DNA of 28,359 nt from a virus (Duplodnaviria > Caudoviricetes), in IMG/VR virus record IMGVR_UViG_3300037515_000213, positions 1 through 28,359 of that record. One strand, 5' to 3'. Position numbers and translations under genes: made by a program. This document shows, piece after piece, positions 15,618-24,177 of the stretch (its first letter is position 1; each line of letters begins with the position of its first letter). Below the pieces are notes generated by a model. It made no database searches. It was not told where the DNA came from and saw only the letters and a list, made by a program, of their open reading frames with translations.

Positions 15618-17971
15618 ACTCTGTACACCCTGGCTCTAGGGGGCGGGGAGACGTGCGAGACAGTCGCCGCGTGAGCGGAGGCTGTCGCGTTAACGAGGTC
15701 GGCGAGGGCGTCTTGCCTGTTGCCCTGCCCAGACGGGTCGAATGCCGTCACCGCCGCCAGGGCGATGCCAGCCGCAGCCGTCACCGTGCCCGACGAGATG
15801 ACTGTCGGGTCGTAGGCGACAGTGGAGACACCGACCGCATCGGCAGCCGCCCGGAGTACCGCAAAGGCGTCCTGGGTCGCGACTGTGGCAAGCACTGCGC
15901 CCGCGCTCGACCGGATGACGACCATCGGGCTGTTGGCGGTCGCCGTCACCCCGCCGCTGTCGGCAGGGGCGTTCCGGGCGGGCACCGTCGACACCGTGGC
16001 GCCGAAGGCTTCTGTCGAGCTGCTTGAGTTTCCCGCACCAGCGGAACCGGAAACTACAGGAGAGTAGGAGGTTCCTGTCGCCGCAGCATGCCCGGCCGCA
16101 CCGCCGCTGACGCCGACGGTGGCGACCGTGGCGTCGTTGGCGGTGACCGAGGCAGCCCCGGTGCCCCCGACGGCTCCGAGTGCGCCTGTGGAGGTGTCAG
16201 CCGTCGCCGTAGCGGTCGCTGCACCTGCCTGCGCAGTCGTGGAGCCGGTGGAGGTCACCGAGGCGTTCTGGGCGCCCACTGTTGCCGCAGCGTGGCCAGC
16301 GGAGGCGCTCGACGAGCCCGACGTGTTGACGATGGCATTTTCGGCTGTCGCCGACGCCGTCCCCTGCCCGGCCGAGGTCGAGGTGGCGGACAGCATGGTC
16401 GCGCCGTACGCCGTCGCGGCAGCGGTGGAGTCCCCGGCCGTAGTCGTGCCGGAGGGCCTGCCGCCGTTAGCCACCGCCGTCAGTCCGGCATGCCCGGCCG
16501 GAGCGTTCGTGCTGGAGAAGGTGGAGATCGTGGCGCTGCTAACTACTGCAACTACCAGCGAGGTGCCAGCAGATGCAGAAACAGTAGATGACGTACCGTC
16601 AGCCGTAGCCGTCGCGGTCGCCAGGCCAGCCGGAGCGGAAGTGACGTTGGTCGTCGAGGCGCCGTTCGCGGTAGCGCTCGCTACCCCCGAGCCTGCGAAC
16701 GACTGGACAGAGGTCGCACCGCCGTACGCTGTGGCCGCGACCTCGGCGTGACCGGCCGAGGCGCTGGCGGCAGGCACCGACGACACCGTAGCGCCGAAGG
16801 CTTCGACAGCCGAACTTGAATTCCCGGACGGCAAATTCAAGGTTGCGACGACCTGGTCGACCGACACCGAAGCCGAAGCGTGTCCGGCATCCACGTCCTG
16901 GGCGCCGACCGTAGACACCGAAGCCCCGTTGACGGCGACCGTGGCGGAAGCCGAACCGGCCGGGGCGTCCAGGTAGGGCTGATAAGCCGCAGCTCCGGCC
17001 GCCGCATGTCCGGCCGGAGCCTGAAGGGCGCCGGTGACACCGTCCGACGCGACAGACGCCGCCGCGTGACCAGCCGCGACTGTCGAGGTGTTGACGGTGG
17101 TCGCGTCGTATACTGTCGCCGCCACTTGCCCGGAACCGGCACTTGCTCGAACAAGGCAAGCGGACAAGTCGGCTGCCGCCGACGCGGTCACCGTACCCGC
17201 CGGGGCCGATACTGTGCCGGTCGACGAGGCGCCGGACGCCGCAGCGGAAACCGCAACCGAGCCGGGTGAGGCCACCAGCGCCGGAGTCGGGGCGCTGGTG
17301 GCGACTGCCGCATCCGCGAGACCGGCCGGGGCATCCGTGGAACCGACCGTCGCAGCCGTGGCGCCGTTCGCCACCGCTGTCGCTGACGCCAGTGGCGCCG
17401 ACGCCGACCGGCCCGTCAGGACCGTCGCGCCATACGCTGTGGCCGGAACTTCAATCGGCACACAGATAGTGAAGTCGTCAGCGCCGCCACCCGTGCCAAC
17501 AAGCATCCCGTGGCTGGCGACAGTTGAATTGAAGGAGTCCGTAAAGGTGCCGTACAGCGTGCTGTTGATGTACGCCTTGATAGTCGAACCGCTGAGACTG
17601 ACTCGGACGCTGTCCCCTGCGGTAACGCCGAGAGGAGTTTCGACCAGGGTTGTTGGTACGCCAGCAACATACTTAGTCAGGCGCAGGGTTATTGTATTGC
17701 TGCCCCACTCCCAGTAGTTGCTGGAGTCGGCGCGCCGAAATATAATACGGAGCGACTTCGCACTCACCGTGGCCGTTGCACCAACAACACCGTCCGCCTG
17801 CGCGGCAATCGTAGCATTGGCCGAGGTTACCGCGCTGAAAGTGTTGCTTGCGATGTCGGGATTTCCGCTATTGACCGTCCAGGTCTGACCGGACTCGGCG
17901 CTACCGATCGACGCATTGTTGCCACGGTTGAACGAGTCGTAGTAGAGCGCGTCTGCGTACGCGTTGGCCAC
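15614..17971 (-). CDS. Long Ala/Ser/Thr-rich repeat fibre protein with an N-terminal ConA/lectin-like domain
   Basis: ~170-aa beta domain (YDSFNRGN...GQTWTV...GDSVRVSLSGSTIKAYIN) followed by ~600 aa of ~20-24-aa repeats of the type APAGHAAATATAxGA. Confidence 0.72.
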   Translation of the reverse strand: MANAYADALYYDSFNRGNNASIGSAESGQTWTVNSGNPDIASNTFSAVTSANATIAAQADGVVGATATVSAKSLRIIFRRADSSNYWEWGSNTITLRLTKYVAGVPTTLVETPLGVTAGDSVRVSLSGSTIKAYINSTLYGTFTDSFNSTVASHGMLVGTGGGADDFTICVPIEVPATAYGATVLTGRSASAPLASATAVANGATAATVGSTDAPAGLADAAVATSAPTPALVASPGSVAVSAAASGASSTGTVSAPAGTVTASAAADLSACLVRASAGSGQVAATVYDATTVNTSTVAAGHAAASVASDGVTGALQAPAGHAAAGAAAYQPYLDAPAGSASATVAVNGASVSTVGAQDVDAGHASASVSVDQVVATLNLPSGNSSSAVEAFGATVSSVPAASASAGHAEVAATAYGGATSVQSFAGSGVASATANGASTTNVTSAPAGLATATATADGTSSTVSASAGTSLVVAVVSSATISTFSSTNAPAGHAGLTAVANGGRPSGTTTAGDSTAAATAYGATMLSATSTSAGQGTASATAENAIVNTSGSSSASAGHAAATVGAQNASVTSTGSTTAQAGAATATATADTSTGALGAVGGTGAASVTANDATVATVGVSGGAAGHAAATGTSYSPVVSGSAGAGNSSSSTEAFGATVSTVPARNAPADSGGVTATANSPMVVIRSSAGAVLATVATQDAFAVLRAAADAVGVSTVAYDPTVISSGTVTAAAGIALAAVTAFDPSGQGNRQDALADLVNATASAHAATVSHVSPPPRARVYRV

Positions 17972-18015
17972 GCCTGCACCCCCTTAGGGAACCTTATTCG
18001 CCATGCGCGTGCACT

Positions 18016-19419
18016 CTAGGGTGAGAGCTGGTGCGAGAAGACGGTTCCGGCGGAATCCTTACCCTTGGCCATCAGCTTCGGGGCGGCGGCGGTATCGTCC
18101 AGCCACAGAAAGACCTCGCTCGTATTGATGTCACCGTCGGCGGGCGCAGTGGTCTTCATGGTGCCGATGTAGCCGTCTTTGTTGACGCGCGAGTAGACCG
18201 TAGTGCCGTCTGAGGCGACCCAACGCTGCATGTCGCCAGTCGTGCCGGTCGAGCGCTGCTTGACCCGGAGGCCGGTCGCGCTGTTCGCCGCCCCCTGCTG
18301 ATCAACCGTGGCCACAACGCTGTTGACCCCGACGTCGGCCTGAAGGATGGTGTGAGCATGGAAGAGCCCGGAGCCGTTCGAGGTAAAGTTTCCCGACTGA
18401 TCGACAGACAGGTAAGTCGATCCACCGGTGCTGCTCTGGATCTGAAAGATGTTCGTCGACTGCGACGTGCCACCCCGAAGTCGCAACGGCACGGTGGCAG
18501 GATCCCCAGAGGCACCGCCGAGGATCAGTCCGTTTCTGGCGTACATTGTTCCTGCGGCCAGGACTGTAGTGTTGGACCCGGAGTCGCTTATCGTCGCGCT
18601 CCCGCTGTTGCCGATGATCATTGTGCTGGCGACGGTGTTTGCTGTTATCTGGACCGAAGTTGCGGGCCCGTCGAACTGGTTGTATAGGAGCTTACTGTTG
18701 GTCGCGGCGCCCTCGATGCGGATAGCCGTAGTAACGCTTCCATTGAACTCGCAGTATTCGACGGTATTCGTGTCCCCGCCGACGATGTGAATCGCATAGC
18801 TGGAGTGCACCCCGAAGTGGCACTGGCGGACGTGATTGCTGTTAGCCCCCACACCACCTGCGTCGCTTTCCATATAGATGCCGGTGGGCACGTTGATGAA
18901 CTTGCACTGGTCGATAAGTGCGAAGTAGTTGTGCTCAAGGGTGACGATGTCGACGCCCCTGGCACCGGCCTTGGTGAAGTCCTTGATGAGTACCGTCCGC
19001 AGGCCGCAGAACCTTTGGTGGTTGAACTTCACCGCCCCATCCGGATTGGTGGCCGTACCGATCAAGGTCATGTCTTCGATGTACTGGTACCTGGAGTCGG
19101 TTGCGCCGCTGTCGCCGATGGTGAACAGGTAGCCAGTGCCGCTGAAGGTGATCCTGGTGACCTCCTGCCCCATCCCTTTCAGCTTCATGGATCCGCTGCC
19201 CTGGACGGGCAGTTGGAAGCCACCATTGGTGGACACGATATAGTGTCCGGGCGGGAATATCACCGTTCCGCCACCGGCCGTGCCGCACGCACTAATGGCG
19301 GCGGCGATGGCGGTGTAGTCATTCGTGACGCCGTCACCAACTGCACCGTAGTTGCGGACGCTGAACTCGCGCGGAGTGGTGGAGCCCCTACCCGTGATGT
19401 TGCCTACGATCTTCGGCAT
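18016..19419 (-). CDS. Right-handed beta-helix tailspike/depolymerase-like protein
   Basis: SVRNYGAVGDGVTNDYTAI...GGTVIFPPGHY (Pectate_lyase_3-type N-terminus) followed by Asn-ladder beta-helix repeats. Confidence 0.82.
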   Translation of the reverse strand: MPKIVGNITGRGSTTPREFSVRNYGAVGDGVTNDYTAIAAAISACGTAGGGTVIFPPGHYIVSTNGGFQLPVQGSGSMKLKGMGQEVTRITFSGTGYLFTIGDSGATDSRYQYIEDMTLIGTATNPDGAVKFNHQRFCGLRTVLIKDFTKAGARGVDIVTLEHNYFALIDQCKFINVPTGIYMESDAGGVGANSNHVRQCHFGVHSSYAIHIVGGDTNTVEYCEFNGSVTTAIRIEGAATNSKLLYNQFDGPATSVQITANTVASTMIIGNSGSATISDSGSNTTVLAAGTMYARNGLILGGASGDPATVPLRLRGGTSQSTNIFQIQSSTGGSTYLSVDQSGNFTSNGSGLFHAHTILQADVGVNSVVATVDQQGAANSATGLRVKQRSTGTTGDMQRWVASDGTTVYSRVNKDGYIGTMKTTAPADGDINTSEVFLWLDDTAAAPKLMAKGKDSAGTVFSHQLSP

Positions 19420-19440
19420 CTCGCGACCCCGCCTCTCCTT

Positions 19441-21249
19441 CTATCCGATACTCGGCGCCTTTGCGCCCACTTTAACCATCGAAGCGCTCGCCGTCACCGG
19501 CGGAGCGACCGCCTGCGAATCGACATTCTGTGCAGCTTGAAGAACGAACGTGGCGTACGTGTTTTTGGTTTCCGTGCCGGTGGCCGTGATGGCTGCACCG
19601 ACCTTTGACGCCCCACCCCTGGTGAAGTCTGTCGACTCTGTGTACAGGGCGTGCGTGCGGTGGCTGTTGGAAGCCGTAGAGGCGCTCTCCTCGAACACCT
19701 CGCTGACAGTACCGCCCGGACCGGCCAGGGTTACGACCGTGGCCGATGCCAGAAACGTCGAACGAAAGTAGAACAGCCGCCCCTGCTGGGCGGTGTTGGC
19801 GCTGATGGTCGGAGTCGTGGCGGGCTCGGATACACCGGCGCCGCCGGACGACGCGAAGTTCGCCGCACCGATCGGGTTGACGTTGTCAACACCCGTCCAG
19901 GCGGTAATGGTGCACATGATAGGGCCGCTGCCACTAGTCCAGTCGTAGGTAGCGGGCTCCGAACCGCCAGCCACTTTGACGTACATCGACGTAGTCAAAC
20001 CGTTGGTGTCGGCGATCCGCGAATAAACCTGCGTGAACCCTGACGGCGGAGTGACCGCGACGCCGTTCCTGGTGAAGAAGGCGACTAGGACGTCCCCGGC
20101 GACAGTGCCAGTCGGCTTTGTCACCGACAACGTCGACCTGTCGGCGCCGGAGATCTTGTCGGTCGACGCCGACCCCCGCTGCGTTATCGGCGACACCCGA
20201 AGCTCTTGATATTTGATCCACCTGTACGGCTCGCCGCCGACGTCCGTGCCGGTCTCGTACAGCACGCCGAAGGTGTCCTGGCCCGTCTCCACCAAGTCCG
20301 AGTAGGCGTAGCGCTCGGTTGTCGAGTTGGGGTCGGTGATGATGGTGCCGCTATCCCAGGTGGCGCCCTCGTCGAACGACCTGACTACGACTCCCTTGTA
20401 GCGAGGGACACCAAGGCTTGCGGCCTGGGGGGTGGAGTACAGCAGGGGCTGCGAGTGTGATCCCCAATGTTGATAAACCGACCCCTGGACCGCCTCGCCG
20501 CTAACGATGGTCGTACTCTGGGCGGCGCTGAAACTCATGCCGCCATCTTCGGAGTACGACCTAGACTTGTGCGAGCCTGAGCCACCCTGGTTGCGGTTAA
20601 TCATAACGATCGTCCCGTCAGGAGTCTCTGTTATCGACGTCTCCTGAGGCTGGAACACTCCACTGGTTTCGGACGTATAGCCCCCAAGATTCCAGGTCGT
20701 ACCGTCGTCGTCTGAGTAGACGGCACCGGCCTTCCAGGTGCTACCGTTAGAGCCGAAGGGGACTAGGAGCCGACCGGCATTAGCGCCGTATCGCAACCTG
20801 ACGCCGTGACTTGGGCCGAAGGTAAACATCCCATCATGCCACGGGTTGACGTCTGCATCGATACTTACCGCAGACCCCCAGGTCGCCCCGGCGTCAGTCG
20901 ACTTTTTATACCAGGCCCTGCGCGTCGTACCATCGCTGGTGCTCTGCCTGACGAACAGACAGATGATGTGACCCTGACTGTTAACGACAGGGCCCGGGTT
21001 TCCGGCGCATGCCGTCCCGTTGTCGTCGACATAGATGACCGAACCCCATGTCGCCCCGTAGTCCGTCGACCTGCGACAGATGAGGTCGATGTTTCCCCAG
21101 TCGAGGGTTACGCCCGAGTTGCGCCCCTCGGCGAAAGCTACCAGTGTATCGCCGGACCTGACGATCGCCGGGATGCGAATCTCAAGACCGTAGGCCGAGC
21201 CTGCTGGGTTGAGGGTTACGCCCTTCTCGAAGACTATCGACTTAGGCAT
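19441..21249 (-). CDS. Sialidase-fold (GH33/BNR) enzyme fused to a C-terminal virion domain
   Basis: IRIP motif, AFAEGR, five Asp-boxes (STDYGATW, STDAGATW, SDDDGTTW, SEDGGMSF, SFDEGATW), YAYSDL, VLYE; no signal peptide seen. Confidence 0.88.
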   Translation of the reverse strand: MPKSIVFEKGVTLNPAGSAYGLEIRIPAIVRSGDTLVAFAEGRNSGVTLDWGNIDLICRRSTDYGATWGSVIYVDDNGTACAGNPGPVVNSQGHIICLFVRQSTSDGTTRRAWYKKSTDAGATWGSAVSIDADVNPWHDGMFTFGPSHGVRLRYGANAGRLLVPFGSNGSTWKAGAVYSDDDGTTWNLGGYTSETSGVFQPQETSITETPDGTIVMINRNQGGSGSHKSRSYSEDGGMSFSAAQSTTIVSGEAVQGSVYQHWGSHSQPLLYSTPQAASLGVPRYKGVVVRSFDEGATWDSGTIITDPNSTTERYAYSDLVETGQDTFGVLYETGTDVGGEPYRWIKYQELRVSPITQRGSASTDKISGADRSTLSVTKPTGTVAGDVLVAFFTRNGVAVTPPSGFTQVYSRIADTNGLTTSMYVKVAGGSEPATYDWTSGSGPIMCTITAWTGVDNVNPIGAANFASSGGAGVSEPATTPTISANTAQQGRLFYFRSTFLASATVVTLAGPGGTVSEVFEESASTASNSHRTHALYTESTDFTRGGASKVGAAITATGTETKNTYATFVLQAAQNVDSQAVAPPVTASASMVKVGAKAPSIG

Positions 21250-21268
21250 GGCGCCCCCTTATCTTGAT

Positions 21269-21793
21269 TTACGCCTCGTCGAGAATCTGCTCAAACACGC
21301 CGCCCCTGAAGGTGGCCTGGAAGTTCGAGTTGCTCGGCTGGACAGTTAGGGACAACGTGAAGTTGCGCGGCCCGCCGTCGGTGGGGCCGATGGTTGAGAA
21401 TGCGGGCGCATTCGCGAACTTTTGAATGAGACCGTCCCCGGCGACTCCGGTCGTTAGGCCCGTATGCACTGACAGGCCGCCCGTAAGGCAGTTGTTGGAG
21501 TCAGGCTTCGCGCATCCCCACCCGTCCATGGTGAACGAGATTCCGCCCGCCGTGGATGTACTGGTCACACCGAGCGAGGAGATGACAGTCGAAGTGCTGT
21601 TCTCCAGACATCGAATGCGGAACGTCAGGCTGGACGAAGTTGAACTGGTTCGAGTGGTGTGACCGGCTGCCGAGAACCTGAAGTAGTCGAAACTTGGACC
21701 CCCTCCGCATAGCACGATGCCGCTCAGGATTGTTACCTCGGAAGTTCCATTCACAACGATGTCGTCGGTGATTCTATCTAGCGTCTTATGCAT
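21269..21793 (-). CDS. Hypothetical beta-rich protein (~174 aa)
   Basis: ATG 21793 with GGGAG RBS; alternating hydrophobic strands rich in Ser/Thr/Gly; jelly-roll fold possible. Confidence 0.6.
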   Translation of the reverse strand: MHKTLDRITDDIVVNGTSEVTILSGIVLCGGGPSFDYFRFSAAGHTTRTSSTSSSLTFRIRCLENSTSTVISSLGVTSTSTAGGISFTMDGWGCAKPDSNNCLTGGLSVHTGLTTGVAGDGLIQKFANAPAFSTIGPTDGGPRNFTLSLTVQPSNSNFQATFRGGVFEQILDEA

Positions 21794-21815
21794 CGAACTC
21801 TCCCGTTGATTAAAG

Positions 21816-22613
21816 CTACTTGACTCGACCCGCCTGGGCACCAACCCTGGATACTGGACTGTTCGTTACGATTGCCGGTGTCGTCGTCCCGCCGGAAGCG
21901 GAAGTCGTAGCCAGAGGCGAGATGATGACGATGCCAGCGTTCAGGCGGGTAGCAGTACCAGACCAGGTTCCGTCTGTCGACTTGCTGCCCGTGCTGATCG
22001 TGCCGTTGGAGTCTCCGCCCGCACAGCCGGAGTTGGTGGCACCCGAGTTGTATACCCTCGCGTGACCGCGCACCGTGCCAGCGCTACTGGAGAACGTACC
22101 GGCACTCTGGTCGCCGTTCGTATTACCGGCGGCCATGTTGTAGAAGAAGGCGTACCACTGAGTATTGACGGTGGCGGTCGCCGCCCCTGTGTTAATGGTC
22201 TGATCGCCGGGCGACGATTCGTGAACAGAGTTGGAGGCGATGATCGCGGCACCGACCGTTGTCTCGGTGCCGCGATAAGCCGTCGTCTGCGCCGTCTTGG
22301 TGCTCTGCCCATCCGTGGAAGGCAGGGTCGCGATCTGGACGTTCGACCCAGCCGCCGCCGTTTCCGTCGAGGTGGCAATCTTCGCCGCCATAAGGAAGTA
22401 GCAGTTGTCGGCGCCAGCGCCGCCCGTGCCCTTCTCCTGAATCTTCGTCCAGGAGTTGTTCATCGTCGCCGCGCTTGCCACGCTGGAGACGTTCCCGAAG
22501 CAGCAGACAAGCAGATCGCCGACCTGGATACCGGAAGGGATGCCCGCGCGGGCAACCGTGTCGGCAGTACCGGTGAAGGTGTAACTGCCCGCAGCGACAT
22601 ACGAGATAGCCAT
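21816..22613 (-). CDS. Fibre-tip-like protein with the shared 'PxGxxxGDLL' domain
   Basis: MAISYVAAG...GIPSGIQVGDLLVCCF...AAKIATSTE; related to 24178, 25782 and the sialidase C-terminus. Confidence 0.7.
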   Translation of the reverse strand: MAISYVAAGSYTFTGTADTVARAGIPSGIQVGDLLVCCFGNVSSVASAATMNNSWTKIQEKGTGGAGADNCYFLMAAKIATSTETAAAGSNVQIATLPSTDGQSTKTAQTTAYRGTETTVGAAIIASNSVHESSPGDQTINTGAATATVNTQWYAFFYNMAAGNTNGDQSAGTFSSSAGTVRGHARVYNSGATNSGCAGGDSNGTISTGSKSTDGTWSGTATRLNAGIVIISPLATTSASGGTTTPAIVTNSPVSRVGAQAGRVK

Positions 22614-22628
22614 GCGGGCCCCCTTCGG

Positions 22629-23294
22629 TTATGCGTTGTCGATGATGTACCTCGCAGCGGCTTGCAGGCGGGCGGGGTCGTCATCCGCGTTGCCCAGCAT
22701 CAAGTTGCACTTGTGACACAGGATGCCGCGCACCTTGCCAGTGGTGTGGCAGTGGTCGACGTGGGGCGCGCTATGCCTGCCCCGCCAGTCGCTGGTGCCG
22801 CAGATGGCGCAACCGCCGCCCTGGCGCTCCAGCATCGCTTGGAAGTCGCCCTCAGCCATGCCGTACAGATACTTGCGCATGTACTCGGGGGACTTGGCCC
22901 GCCATGTGCGCCCGTTGACCTTCTTCTTGCAGGCCGTCGAGCAGTACGTCCAGTGGGCGCTATGGGTCTCCGGGAGGGGGCCGCCGCACTCAGGGCAGGG
23001 CTTGCGATCCGCTAGCACCTTGGCGCGTTTGGCTTCGGCGCGCTTTCGGTTCTGGTGAGTGACGCCGCACTCGCGAGAGCAACAGATCGCCCTAAGGGTG
23101 ACGGTGTCCGGGATGACGTTGCCGCACACCGGACACCGACGCTCCCCCGTCTCGGCCTTGCGCGCCTCCAGGGCTTCTCGGCGCATCTTCTGCGCCGCCC
23201 CGGAGTCCTTGCACGCCCTAGAGCAGAAACGAGTCGGAGGGCGACCCGTTCCAGCGTAGATCAATTCGCCACCGCATACTTCACAGGTACTCAT
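22629..23294 (-). CDS. Endonuclease VII-domain nuclease with three zinc-finger repeats
   Basis: QGGGCAICG...HVDHCHTTGKVRGILCHKCNLMLG; three CxxCG...CSxxC units. Confidence 0.88.
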   Translation of the reverse strand: MSTCEVCGGELIYAGTGRPPTRFCSRACKDSGAAQKMRREALEARKAETGERRCPVCGNVIPDTVTLRAICCSRECGVTHQNRKRAEAKRAKVLADRKPCPECGGPLPETHSAHWTYCSTACKKKVNGRTWRAKSPEYMRKYLYGMAEGDFQAMLERQGGGCAICGTSDWRGRHSAPHVDHCHTTGKVRGILCHKCNLMLGNADDDPARLQAAARYIIDNA

Positions 23295-23300
23295 GTTTAC

Positions 23301-23329
23301 AGAGTACCACGCCAGCCGACCCGCGTCTA
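23301..23329 (-). promoter_or_regulatory. Putative promoter for a leaderless EndoVII transcript
   Basis: Minus strand: TAGACG, 17-nt spacer ending in TGG, TACTCT, 6 nt, ATG 23294; no SD. Confidence 0.5.
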
Positions 23330-23335
23330 TGCAGG

Positions 23336-23827
23336 TCAGACGGTTATGCGGAACAAACCGTTAGCATGCCAAACTACCGTAAACGTGCCCGTCGTCACGC
23401 TCTGTGCCCCGCCGAAGCTGTGGAACGTGATGCCCTGGTCGGCGACGGTACCGGCGGTAATGGTGTCGTCGTAGACGAGGCAGCCGTACGCGTTGGTGAT
23501 CGTCACCGTGTTCGAGTGCGTGGTGTCGGCGGCGTCGAACATGACTACGCCGGTTGACGGGGTCGTGAACGTCTTCGAGCCGAGAGCGATGCCGGTGACT
23601 GCCCAGTCGGAGGAGCCGTCGGTGTCGGCCAGGGCGTTTGCGCTCGTCCAGACGCCGGTGTTGTAGCCGGTGGACCCGACAGCGGCGTCCTTGTCGGGGG
23701 TGGTCGTGTCGTTGTACAGCGAGACATTGACGGTGTCGCTGTCGAGTCCCGTGTAGCCGGTTCCGCTTACCTGCAAGACCTGACTGGCCCACTCGCGGAA
23801 CATGGCGCTGCTAGAACCGAATGCCAT
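23336..23827 (-). CDS. Small virion structural protein (fibre-subunit-like, FDAAD motif)
   Basis: 163 aa LDSDTVNVSLY...VMFDAAD...TITNAYGCLVYDDT...GTFTVVW; strong GGAGGAG RBS. Confidence 0.7.
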   Translation of the reverse strand: MAFGSSSAMFREWASQVLQVSGTGYTGLDSDTVNVSLYNDTTTPDKDAAVGSTGYNTGVWTSANALADTDGSSDWAVTGIALGSKTFTTPSTGVVMFDAADTTHSNTVTITNAYGCLVYDDTITAGTVADQGITFHSFGGAQSVTTGTFTVVWHANGLFRITV

Positions 23828-24166
23828 TTAACTCACTCCTCCATCTGATCGCGCGAGCGGTGCGAATACCGCAACGTCGTTTCCATCGTCGCGAGTTGTT
23901 TCCACTCGCATGATCGGCCGGTTCTCGCCGTCGGTAGTGACGACCTCTTGACCGATATAGTCCTCACGCTCTTTGGCCTCCACCTTGCAGTGGGTACCGG
24001 CGGGGACGTACGGAGCCGTAAGCCCCTTCAGCCCCCGACACGCGTGAAATCGCGTGTGAGGCTGAGCTTCGTGAGTCACGTCCGTAGCGACACAGTTGGG
24101 ACATTCCCAGCGCTGCTCCGCGTTCAGGATCGGGACCTTACCCGACATCTTCTCGATGAAGTGCAT
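23828..24166 (-). CDS. Small putative Zn-binding protein
   Basis: 112 aa WECPNC...RFHAC; AAGGA RBS; abuts 23827. Confidence 0.7.
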   Translation of the reverse strand: MHFIEKMSGKVPILNAEQRWECPNCVATDVTHEAQPHTRFHACRGLKGLTAPYVPAGTHCKVEAKEREDYIGQEVVTTDGENRPIMRVETTRDDGNDVAVFAPLARSDGGVS

Positions 24167-24177
24167 ACGTGAAGTCC

